In this document: positions 16,798 through 25,218 of the stretch, piece by piece
Position numbering within the stretch: position 1 is the first letter of the stretch
Layout: each line of letters starts with the position of its first letter
Assembly: GCA_045805065.1 (NCBI GenBank)
Contig: JBJMMA010000068.1
Coordinates: forward strand, 1-27,791
Direction: 5' to 3'
Origin: Bdellovibrionia bacterium
GTDB lineage: Bacteria; Bdellovibrionota; UBA1018
Length of the DNA: 27,791 nucleotides
The notes under the pieces: generated by a model
What the model saw: the letters and a program-made list of their open reading frames with translations, nothing else
Databases searched by the model: none
Told to the model about the DNA's origin: nothing
Program-made: the position numbers and the translations under genes

Positions 16798-19551
16798 TCA
16801 ATTGCCGGGGACGATGTCCCAGGTAGGATCAACGGAGTAATCAGGCTTCACGGTGCGAGCCATGAACCGATTCCACGCCGCCTGAGCATTGGGTGCTCCA
16901 TCATCCACAATGACGGCAAGAGCTGGCTGAGAGTTTGATGGCATCCCCTCGGTAGAGGAAGAAGCTCCCACCATCTCGCCCACCTGAAGTCCAAGCTGTG
17001 TTGCCATGGCTTGGCTGCCACACGCAAGGCCTGCCGTTGCTGCATCGACCGTGTTCTTGTAAACATCACCAAAGCTTGTGAAGTACGGCGCCGTTGAGGA
17101 CGTGCGGATCGTCATATTGTAAGACGAGGCCTCAATCCAGCAGTAGCTAGGATCAGTCATGATCGAGGTTTGATACTTCGAGAGAAACATCAGGAAGTTC
17201 TTGCTCGTCGTAAAACCCATTCTGTACGCGTTGCCAATGGCCCAGGTAAAGAAATGCTGCTGCCAAGGCGCCATCCCCACACCATTGTCATAGGCCATTG
17301 CGTTGTCAGTGATCACACCTAAGACATTGTCCGTGTGTTGAACATACTTATTGTCATACCAGGCAATGTTTTTTAAGAGCTTATCCGTAAAGTAAGCCTT
17401 GTACGGATGAGCATCCGGCATGATGTAGGCGTTCTCCTCCAGAGTTCTCAAACTCCAGGCCTGACCCCGCACCTGATCAGGGGTGACCAAGCCATCCGAA
17501 AAACTGCGATAAGCCGGGAGATACTTAAACAAGTCGTAAGCCCCCCAGAACATCATCTCCTCAAGAAGGAAATAGTCTCCCGAGATGAGATAAGGATAAT
17601 AGACGAGAGATGGTGCATGAGCGGTGTCCTCCGTGTACGGAGTGTTGCAGTCGGAGGCACACGCTGGAAAACCCTCATATTTGCCGGTGGCAGGATTGAC
17701 CTTGTCACCGTAATTTCCCAAAAGTGCTGCATAAGGATATCGATCAATACTGACGGGAAGATCAGTATCCACATCGCGATAGTGGATGGACCAGGAGCCA
17801 GACTGAATCCCATTCCCTACCGCCACAGGGTACATGCGCGGATCTTGAGAGATGACATGGATTGCGTTCCAAGACGGCAGAGGTCCAATGTCAGGGCGCC
17901 CGCCTGTGGTTGGCATATAGGCCACAACAGTTCCCACCTGCATCAGGCCATTTTTCGTGCTCCATTGATTGACCCAATCTGCGATTGCGCTGTCGGCAAT
18001 CTTGAGATTTGGATCGTAGTGTGGAACAGCTGGTGAGCTTAAGAGGAACTGGGGATTGAGTCCTACCGTCACATTCGACTGCGTTCCATAATTGAAAGTA
18101 CGGTACCAGCGAGAGTGCGCATAGTGTGGCACGGCTGCTTGTGAGAGTACCGTTTGTCCCCCCACCTGCACCTGCAAATCATAGGTGACGTTGGCAGGAG
18201 CCGTATACGCGTTCGAGTTTTCCACAGCAACGCCTACTCGCGCACTTGTTCCGCCCTGATAAGCACGCACATAAAAGCGTGCATGAAGAAGCGGGTGTGC
18301 TGTACCATTTGCCGTCAGAGGAACTTTAAAAAGTCCTTCCGTCGCCAGTGCACCCTGAAGCCAAGTGCCCTTTTGCATCGATGCGTAGTTACTTGCATTC
18401 AGAGTCGCCTGATAAGCAGTGCCGCTGATCGTGACGCTCACAGAGGTCGTAAAGCCCTTACTAAAGAGCGTTGCGATATCAACTGACGTTTGTGAAGCAG
18501 CTTGTGCCGCTACAACATCCAGGCTCATCATCGCCCCTGCTCCAATTTGAGGCAGAACTGCGGTTACGATTGCATGTCTTGCGGAGCCGTCGTCATGTTT
18601 GGCTTTGATTTCAAACTGGGTCGGAATGATGCTTTGGTTGCTTGAATCTCTTAAAATCGCAGAAGTTCCAGAAGGCAGCATGCCCTTAGGAAATGGAATG
18701 CCAAACGTGATCGGCACATTGCTTTGTGCGACCGTGCTTGAGGTTGCATAGACTTTGATGTCCGTGATTTTTGAGCCCACGGAAACGGGAGGCAACACCG
18801 TGGGTGACGGCATCGGTGAAGGTGAAACTGACGGTGATGCCGTTGGAGACGGAGATACTGTCACTGTTGGACTAGGTGATGGAGGTGGCGTCGCCGAACC
18901 CGACATATCCACGTCGCATTCTTTTGCAAAGCCTGCCGCTGGATCACCGAAGACTGCATTGGTACAGGCGATGCTGCTTGTAGCGGTTTTAGTGTACCAA
19001 CTTGAGCCCGCTCCGTAGCGAACAGTGTGCGTTCCGCTAAAAGCACAGGTGCCGTTTTCGATAGCGCATTTTACCCAGTTGGAACTTGGAGTTGGAGATA
19101 CGGTCACCGTTGGACTAGGTGACGGTGTCACGGGACTGGACATATCGACGTCGCATTCTTTCAAATAACCCGGCGCCGAATCACCAAATACGGAATTGTT
19201 GCAGCCAATACTGCCCGTTGCAGTCTTTGTGTACCAGCTTGAGCCCGTGCCGTAGCGAACAGTACGGGTTCCACTGATAGTACATGTGCCATTTTCGTCC
19301 GCGCACTTCACCCAATACGAACCTGGGACCAAGGTTGGCGTTGGAGACACGGTCACCGTTGGGCTGGGTGAAGGAGATGGGCGCGGTCTCCTGTTTTTCA
19401 CAACATCCGCAGTGGCCGAATCGCTCGCATCGCTATTCGAAAAAGCCCCAGTGAGCGAGGATTGATTGAAATTACATCCCGATGCCAAAGCTAGCAGCGG
19501 AGAAGTTAAAAGCAACGCAAGCGTGACTTTAACGTCACGATGGCTTTTCAT
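16798..19551 (-). CDS. Large secreted or lipoprotein-type protein, paralog 1 of a 3-gene tandem family. It has two extra N-terminal four-cysteine modules. Unknown function.
   Basis: Start chosen at MKSHRDVKVTLALLLTSPLLALASGC, with GAAGGGGG upstream. It has PSPSPT linkers. Two ~60-aa repeats follow: WVKCADENGTC...VRYG...WYTKTA...C...VFGD...KECDVD. A ~640-aa C-terminal region is shared with the genes at 19671 and 22377. Confidence 0.8.
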   Translation of the reverse strand: MKSHRDVKVTLALLLTSPLLALASGCNFNQSSLTGAFSNSDASDSATADVVKNRRPRPSPSPSPTVTVSPTPTLVPGSYWVKCADENGTCTISGTRTVRYGTGSSWYTKTATGSIGCNNSVFGDSAPGYLKECDVDMSSPVTPSPSPTVTVSPTPSSNWVKCAIENGTCAFSGTHTVRYGAGSSWYTKTATSSIACTNAVFGDPAAGFAKECDVDMSGSATPPPSPSPTVTVSPSPTASPSVSPSPMPSPTVLPPVSVGSKITDIKVYATSSTVAQSNVPITFGIPFPKGMLPSGTSAILRDSSNQSIIPTQFEIKAKHDDGSARHAIVTAVLPQIGAGAMMSLDVVAAQAASQTSVDIATLFSKGFTTSVSVTISGTAYQATLNASNYASMQKGTWLQGALATEGLFKVPLTANGTAHPLLHARFYVRAYQGGTSARVGVAVENSNAYTAPANVTYDLQVQVGGQTVLSQAAVPHYAHSRWYRTFNYGTQSNVTVGLNPQFLLSSPAVPHYDPNLKIADSAIADWVNQWSTKNGLMQVGTVVAYMPTTGGRPDIGPLPSWNAIHVISQDPRMYPVAVGNGIQSGSWSIHYRDVDTDLPVSIDRYPYAALLGNYGDKVNPATGKYEGFPACASDCNTPYTEDTAHAPSLVYYPYLISGDYFLLEEMMFWGAYDLFKYLPAYRSFSDGLVTPDQVRGQAWSLRTLEENAYIMPDAHPYKAYFTDKLLKNIAWYDNKYVQHTDNVLGVITDNAMAYDNGVGMAPWQQHFFTWAIGNAYRMGFTTSKNFLMFLSKYQTSIMTDPSYCWIEASSYNMTIRTSSTAPYFTSFGDVYKNTVDAATAGLACGSQAMATQLGLQVGEMVGASSSTEGMPSNSQPALAVIVDDGAPNAQAAWNRFMARTVKPDYSVDPTWDIVPGN

Positions 19552-19670
19552 AATACCCCCTTCATTCAAAACTGACTTTTGCAGAGTCCATCGGCGAGCA
19601 CTGGCGCAACCCCCGTTACGCGCAGTACTTCCCTTTTACATGACTTCTGTTAAGCCTTTCTTACGATCGA

Positions 19671-22019
19671 TTAATTGGCAGGCACAATAGCCCAAACAGG
19701 TTCCGTGCTGTAATCCGGCTTCACGCTGCGAGTCATGAACTTCGTCCATGTCGCTTGAGCGTTCGGCATTGCGGTATCCACAAGAATCGCAAGAGCCGGC
19801 TGAGAGTTAGATGGATAGCCTTCGGTCGAGGATGAGTAACCTACCATCTCCCCTACCTTGAGTCCCAGAGCCGTTGCCATCTCCTGACTTGCGCAAGCAA
19901 GGCTTGAGATATTTGAGGCTACTGTGTTTTTGTACACGTCTCCGAAACTCGTGTAGTACGGGGATGTCGAGGACGGACGGATATTCATGCTATAGGTAGA
20001 TGCTTCGATCCAGCAATAGTTTGGGTCCGTCATGAGCGAGATTTGATACTTCGAGAGGAACGTCAGGAAGTTCTTGCTCGTCGTAAAGCCCATTTTGTAC
20101 GCGTTCCCGATGGACCACGTGAAGAAGTGCTGCTGCCAAGGAGCTATCCCCGTCCCACTGTTGTACGCCATGGCAGAACCATTGGTAATAACGCCAAGAA
20201 CATTGTCCGTGTTTTGAACATACCTGGTGTCATACCAGGCAAGGTTCTTGAGAAGCTTATCCGTGAAGTACGCTTTGTACGGATGAGCATCGGGCAAGAT
20301 ATAAGCGTTATACGTCAAATCGCGTAAGCTCCATGCCTGACCACGAACTTGGTCACTTGCGACAAGTCCGTCTGCATGATTGCGATAGCCCGGATTGCTT
20401 TCAAACAACTCATACGATCCCCAGAACATCATTTCTTCGAGAAGATAATAATCTCCCGTGATCAGATAAGGATAGTAGGCTAGCGAAGGCTCGTGTGAGG
20501 TGTCATGCGAGTATGGAGTGCTGCAAGTGGATGCACACGCTGGAAACGCTTCATACTGCTTAGTCGTTGGATTATAGGTATCTCCATAGTTTCCATAGAT
20601 CGTCGCATAAGGATAACGATCAATGCTGAGCGGAAGATCGGTATTGACATCGCGATAGTGCATCGACCAAGTGCCCGACTGAATTCCAGTTCCCACGCTT
20701 ACATCGTAAGCACGTGGATCTTGCGAGAGCACATGGATTGCGCTCCAAGAAGGAAATGGTCCGATGTCTGGGCGCCCGCCCGTCGTTGGCATGTAGGCAT
20801 TGACTGGTCCGACCTGCATCAGCCCGCTGCTTGAGCTCCATTGGCTTGCCCAATTTGCGATTGCGCTGTCTGCGATCTTCAAAGCTGGATCGTAATGAGG
20901 TACGGCCGGAGAGCTCAACAGGAACTGAGAATTGAGCATTACAGTCAAATTAGGTTGCACGCCGTAATTGAACACGCGGTACCAGCGAGAGTGATGATAG
21001 TGAGGAACGGCTGCTTGCGAGAGAACGGTCCTTCCTCCCACTTGCACTTGCAGGTCATAAGTCACATTGGCAGGTGCCGTGTAAGCGTTTGTGTTTTCTA
21101 CCGACACGCCCACGCGAGCGCTCGTTCCGCCTTGAAAGGCCCGAACGTTGAATCGAGCATGAAGAAGCGGATGCGCGGACCCATTGGCAACGAGCGGTAC
21201 TCTAAAGAGCCCTTCTGTAGCGAGCGCGCCCTGAAGCCAGGTGCCCTTTTGCATCGACGCGTAGTTGCTTGCGTTCAACGTCGCTTGATAAACGACGCCA
21301 CTGATCGTGACACTCACCGAAGTCGTAAAACCTTTGCTAAAAAGCGTTGCGACATCAACTGGCGTCTGCACAGCAGCTTGTGCGGCTACGAGATCCAAGC
21401 TCATCGTTGCACCTGCACCAATTTGAGGCAGGACTGCGGTCACGATCGCATGTCTTGCTGAACCATCATCGTGCTTTGCTTTGATCTCAAATTGAGTCGG
21501 AATGATGCTTTGGTTGCTTGAATCTCTTAAGACCGCAGAAGTTCCAGATGGCAGCACGCCTTTCGGAAACGGAATGCCAAACGTGATCGGCACATTGCTT
21601 TGAGAAATTAAACTTGAGCTCGCGTTGACTTTGAGGTCAGTGATCTTTGAGCCAATGGAAGCAGGAGGCACCACCGAAGGCGAAGGCAGTGGAGTTGGAG
21701 AAACAGATGGTGACGACGTCGGACTTGGCGATGGTGAAACCGAAGGTGACACCGATGGTGACGCCGAAGGCGATGATGAAGGCGTTGGAGATGGCGATAC
21801 AGACGGCGACGGGGATGGAGACACCGATGGTGACGGGGATGGGTGTGGATGTGGCTTCTTCCTTGCCAAAGCATCCACAGAGGACGAACCGCTCGCATCG
21901 CGATTCGAATAATCTCCTGAGAGCGAGGACTGATTAAAATTACATCCCGATGCCAGAACCAGAAGCGGAGACGTCAGAAGCAAAGTAAGCGACACATTAA
22001 AACTTAATTGGCTCTTCAT
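19671..22019 (-). CDS. Large secreted or lipoprotein-type protein, paralog 2. Unknown function.
   Basis: Start chosen at MKSQLSFNVSLTLLLTSPLLVLASGC, with GGGGAATGGGG upstream. It has a long SPSPSV linker. The conserved C-terminal region is about 80% identical to paralog 3. Confidence 0.8.
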   Translation of the reverse strand: MKSQLSFNVSLTLLLTSPLLVLASGCNFNQSSLSGDYSNRDASGSSSVDALARKKPHPHPSPSPSVSPSPSPSVSPSPTPSSSPSASPSVSPSVSPSPSPTSSPSVSPTPLPSPSVVPPASIGSKITDLKVNASSSLISQSNVPITFGIPFPKGVLPSGTSAVLRDSSNQSIIPTQFEIKAKHDDGSARHAIVTAVLPQIGAGATMSLDLVAAQAAVQTPVDVATLFSKGFTTSVSVTISGVVYQATLNASNYASMQKGTWLQGALATEGLFRVPLVANGSAHPLLHARFNVRAFQGGTSARVGVSVENTNAYTAPANVTYDLQVQVGGRTVLSQAAVPHYHHSRWYRVFNYGVQPNLTVMLNSQFLLSSPAVPHYDPALKIADSAIANWASQWSSSSGLMQVGPVNAYMPTTGGRPDIGPFPSWSAIHVLSQDPRAYDVSVGTGIQSGTWSMHYRDVNTDLPLSIDRYPYATIYGNYGDTYNPTTKQYEAFPACASTCSTPYSHDTSHEPSLAYYPYLITGDYYLLEEMMFWGSYELFESNPGYRNHADGLVASDQVRGQAWSLRDLTYNAYILPDAHPYKAYFTDKLLKNLAWYDTRYVQNTDNVLGVITNGSAMAYNSGTGIAPWQQHFFTWSIGNAYKMGFTTSKNFLTFLSKYQISLMTDPNYCWIEASTYSMNIRPSSTSPYYTSFGDVYKNTVASNISSLACASQEMATALGLKVGEMVGYSSSTEGYPSNSQPALAILVDTAMPNAQATWTKFMTRSVKPDYSTEPVWAIVPAN

Positions 22020-22290
22020 AATACTACCCCATTCCCCAGACTGACTCGTTCGCCGCAGCAACCTTGCCAGCCTTGAAATAAAATTTAACTCTTACCCGAC
22101 TGTTTTGCTATGTTTATTTACAACTCGACAAATCTTGGACAGGTCAATTTGGACAGAGGCTTGGGAATTGATCTTAGAAAACGAAGCTCTCAACCAAGGC
22201 ATTCAATGTGTCCATCCCATGCTGTGTCGACATTAACAAAATCGCCAGAGTGAAGTGCTACGCGTGACAAGAGAAATTAGTTTCGCAAAA
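22020..22290 (-). repeat. Copy A of a duplicated 5' regulatory or leader region, upstream of paralog 2.
   Basis: Aligns base-for-base, with a few substitutions, to 24705-24930 and then more loosely out to about 25085. The shared 14-mer GAAATTAGTTTCGC occurs at 22274 and 25069. Contains TTGGACAG at 22135 and 22149. Confidence 0.75.
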
Positions 22291-22297
22291 GTTTCAA

Positions 22298-22343
22298 GGG
22301 CGCATCCCGGTGATTAAAAATCACCCGGATGCGCCCCCTTTTT
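22298..22343. terminator. Perfect 18-bp-arm hairpin with a flanking T-run, between the stop of paralog 3 and the paralog 2 promoter. Probable terminator, possibly bidirectional.
   Basis: GGGCGCATCCGGGTGATT-aaa-AATCACCCGGATGCGCCC. It is followed by CCTTTTTAA on the + strand and preceded by GTTTCAA. Confidence 0.6.
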
Positions 22344-22376
22344 AACTCCAGAGAACTCAGCCCATATTACGAGCTA

Positions 22377-24704
22377 TCAATTAGCAGGCACAATAGCCCA
22401 GACAGGCTCCGTGCTGTAATCAGGCTTCACGCTACGAGACATGTACTGATTCCATGCCGCTTGAGCGTTAGGCGCTCCACCATCGACAAGGACGGCAAGA
22501 GCTGGCTGAGAGTTTGATGGAAAGCCTTCGGTCGAGGAAGAGTATCCCACCATCTCCCCTACCTTGAGTCCCAAAGCCGTTGCCATCGCCTGACTTCCAC
22601 ACGCAAGACTTGAGATCGTCGGATCGACTGTGTTTTTGTACACGTCTCCGAAGCTCGTGTAGTACGAAGTCGTCGAGGATGCTCGAACATTCATGCTATA
22701 AGCGGATGCCTCAATCCAGCAATAATTTGGATCTGTCATGATCGAGGTTTGAAATTTCGAGAGGAACGTCAGGAAGTTCTTACTCGTAGTAAAGCCCATT
22801 CTGTACGCGTTCCCAATGGACCACGTAAAGAAGTGCTGCTGCCAGGGAGCCATGCCTATGCCGCTGTTGTAAACCATTGCAGCATCCGTGACGATGCCTA
22901 GGGCATTGTCCGTGTTCTTGACATACTTGTTGTCAAACCAGGCAAGATTCTTCAAAAGCTTGTCCGTAAAATATGCTTTGTAAGGGTGATCATCGGGCAA
23001 GATATAAGCGTTTTCCGAGAACGATCTGAGATCCCAGGCCTGACCGCGAACCTGCTGATGGAAAACGAGGCCATCGCTGAAGTTACGGTAATAGGGATTG
23101 AACTCGAACAAATTATAAGCTCCCCAGAACACTAATTCTTCCAAAAGATAGTAATCTCCCGTGATGAGATAAGGATAGTAAACCAGCGATGGCTCATGCG
23201 CGGGATCATGCCTGTACGGAGTCGTGCAATCCGAAGCGCATGCTGGGAAATCCTCATACTGCTTGGTGACCGGGTTATAGGTATCGCCATGAGTGGCGTA
23301 AATCCCAGAATACGGATAACGATCGATACTCAACGGAAGATCGGTAGCCGTATCGCGATAGTGCATCGACCACGAACCTGCCTGAATCCCCGTTCCAACA
23401 GTGACATCATACATGCGTGGATCCTGAGAAATCACATGCATTGCGCTCCAAGAAGGCAGTGGACCGATGTCCGGACGTCCACCCGTCGTTGGCATGTAGG
23501 CGACCACTGGACCAATCTGCATGAGACCAGAGCTTGTGCTCCATTTGCTTGCCCAATCGGCAATTGCACTCTCGGCAATTTTGAGACTTGGGTCATAGTG
23601 TGGAACAGCTGGCGAGCTTAAGAGGAACTGAGGATTCAGTCCCACTGTCACATTAGGCTGCGTTCCATAATTGAAAGTACGGTACCAGCGCGAGTGTGCA
23701 TAGTGTGGCACTGCCGCTTGCGAAAGAACGGTCCTTCCTCCCATCTGCACTTGCAGGTCATAGGTCACGTTAGAAGGAGCCGTGTAAGCGTCCGTGTTTT
23801 CCACCGCAACGCCCACGCGCGCGCTCGTTCCGCCCTGATAAGCACGCACATAAAAGCGCGCATGAAGAAGCGGATGAGAAGATCCATTTGCAGTCAAAGG
23901 TACTTTGAAGAGTCCTTCTGTTGCCAGTGCACCCTTAAGCCAGGTGCCCTTTTGCAGTGATGCGTAGTTGCTTGCGTTCAACGTCGCCTGATAAACGACG
24001 CCACTGATCGTGACACTCACCGAGGTCGTAAAACCTTTGCTAAAGAGAGTTGCGACATCGACTGGCGTCTGCACAGCCGTTTGGGCCGCTACAAGATCAA
24101 GATTCATCGTTGCACCTGCACCGATTTGAGGCAGGACCGCAGTCACGATCGCATGTCTTGCTGAACCATCATCGTGCTTAGCTTTGATCTCAAACTGAGT
24201 CGGAATGATGCTTTGATTGCTTGGATCTCTTAAAACCGCAGAAGTTCCAGAAGGCAGCACGCCTTTTGGAAATGGGATCCCAAACGTGATCGGCACATTG
24301 CTCTGAGCGACCGTACTTGAAGTTGCATAGACTTTGATGTCAGTGACCTTTGAGCCAATGGAAGCAGGAGGTATCACCGAAGGCGAAGGCATGGGAGATG
24401 GCGAAACGGATGGTGAAGGCGATGGTTTTGGCGACGGAGATACCGACGGCGAAGGACTTGGCGATGGTGACACTGAAGGCGAAGGTGAAGGCGTTGGAGA
24501 TGGAGAAACAGAAGGTGATGGTGACGGAGTTGGGCGTGGCTTCTTTCTATTTAAGGCATCCACCGGGGATGAACCGTTTGCGTCACTATTCGAAAAGGCC
24601 CCAGAGAGCGAGGACTGATTGAAATTACACCCCGTTGCCAGAACCAAAAGCGGAGACGTCAGAAGCAAAGTAAGCGAAACATTAAAACTCAGTTGGTTCT
24701 TCAT
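22377..24704 (-). CDS. Large secreted or lipoprotein-type protein, paralog 3. Unknown function.
   Basis: Begins MKNQLSFNVSLTLLLTSPLLVLATGC. Long SPSPSV linker. 775 aa. Same C-terminal region as the other two paralogs. Confidence 0.8.
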   Translation of the reverse strand: MKNQLSFNVSLTLLLTSPLLVLATGCNFNQSSLSGAFSNSDANGSSPVDALNRKKPRPTPSPSPSVSPSPTPSPSPSVSPSPSPSPSVSPSPKPSPSPSVSPSPMPSPSVIPPASIGSKVTDIKVYATSSTVAQSNVPITFGIPFPKGVLPSGTSAVLRDPSNQSIIPTQFEIKAKHDDGSARHAIVTAVLPQIGAGATMNLDLVAAQTAVQTPVDVATLFSKGFTTSVSVTISGVVYQATLNASNYASLQKGTWLKGALATEGLFKVPLTANGSSHPLLHARFYVRAYQGGTSARVGVAVENTDAYTAPSNVTYDLQVQMGGRTVLSQAAVPHYAHSRWYRTFNYGTQPNVTVGLNPQFLLSSPAVPHYDPSLKIAESAIADWASKWSTSSGLMQIGPVVAYMPTTGGRPDIGPLPSWSAMHVISQDPRMYDVTVGTGIQAGSWSMHYRDTATDLPLSIDRYPYSGIYATHGDTYNPVTKQYEDFPACASDCTTPYRHDPAHEPSLVYYPYLITGDYYLLEELVFWGAYNLFEFNPYYRNFSDGLVFHQQVRGQAWDLRSFSENAYILPDDHPYKAYFTDKLLKNLAWFDNKYVKNTDNALGIVTDAAMVYNSGIGMAPWQQHFFTWSIGNAYRMGFTTSKNFLTFLSKFQTSIMTDPNYCWIEASAYSMNVRASSTTSYYTSFGDVYKNTVDPTISSLACGSQAMATALGLKVGEMVGYSSSTEGFPSNSQPALAVLVDGGAPNAQAAWNQYMSRSVKPDYSTEPVWAIVPAN

Positions 24705-25085
24705 ACTACCCCATTCCCCGGACCGACCAGCTCACTGCAGCAACTTTGCCAGCCCTGAAATAAAATTTAACTCTTACCCGACCTTTCTGCTATGTTTTTT
24801 TTACAGCTCAACAAACCTTGGACAGGTCTATTTGGACAGAGACTTGGGAATTGATCATAGAAAACGAAGCTCTCAACCAAAGCATTCAATGTGTCCATCC
24901 AAAGCTGGGTCAAAACAAACAAAACGAGATTCATTACACTGCGCGAATGTAACTAGCCTTCAGCCTGGATATCTTCCAAGTAATCACTCATGAGTCATTC
25001 TCCGTAAAGTGCTGCCTGGCGTACGGGTTCGCGCAAAACGCCAGAAATGAGTACTACGGGCGATGGCGAAATTAGTTTCGCTCGC
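24705..25085 (-). repeat. Copy B of the duplicated 5' regulatory or leader region, upstream of paralog 3.
   Basis: See copy A. TTGGACAG at 24818 and 24832, with the same 14-bp spacing. Confidence 0.75.
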
Positions 25086-25218
25086 CATCCATGCTTTTCC
25101 GTTCCCGTCCAAGCCAGTCTTATCTAGTGTTGATACCGAGAGTGTTACTTCCGCGGTGGCAGCAAGAAAGTCTCTCAAACTGCTTGAAGAAATCTCAGAA
25201 ATGGGATGAAACCGGGGC

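Noticed and set aside
17407-18036. 209-aa + ORF. The analogous ORFs at 20841-21461 and 23196-23621 sit inside the paralog genes.
   Set aside because: They are antisense to the large conserved minus-strand ORFs and recur only because the sense genes are paralogous.
18700-19400. Periodic short repeats in the nucleotide sequence that might be taken for a CRISPR-like or tandem-repeat array. Similar stretches occur at 21650-21900 and 24370-24560.
   Set aside because: The periodicity is the 6-bp (Ser-Pro)n codon repeat inside coding sequence. There are no conserved ~30-bp repeats separated by unique spacers and no cas genes.
21625-21937. + strand ORFs encoding acidic GDGDTDGDGDG / TEGEG peptides. 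The same pattern appears at 18755-19018 and 24334-24622.
   Set aside because: They are the reverse complement of the SPSPSVSPSP linker-coding repeats of the minus-strand paralogs. They have no RBS and no independent support.
22062-25218. Considered whether the tandem duplication was mediated by an IS element or transposon.
   Set aside because: No transposase-like ORF and no terminal inverted repeats were found at the unit boundaries. Simple unequal recombination between paralogs is sufficient.
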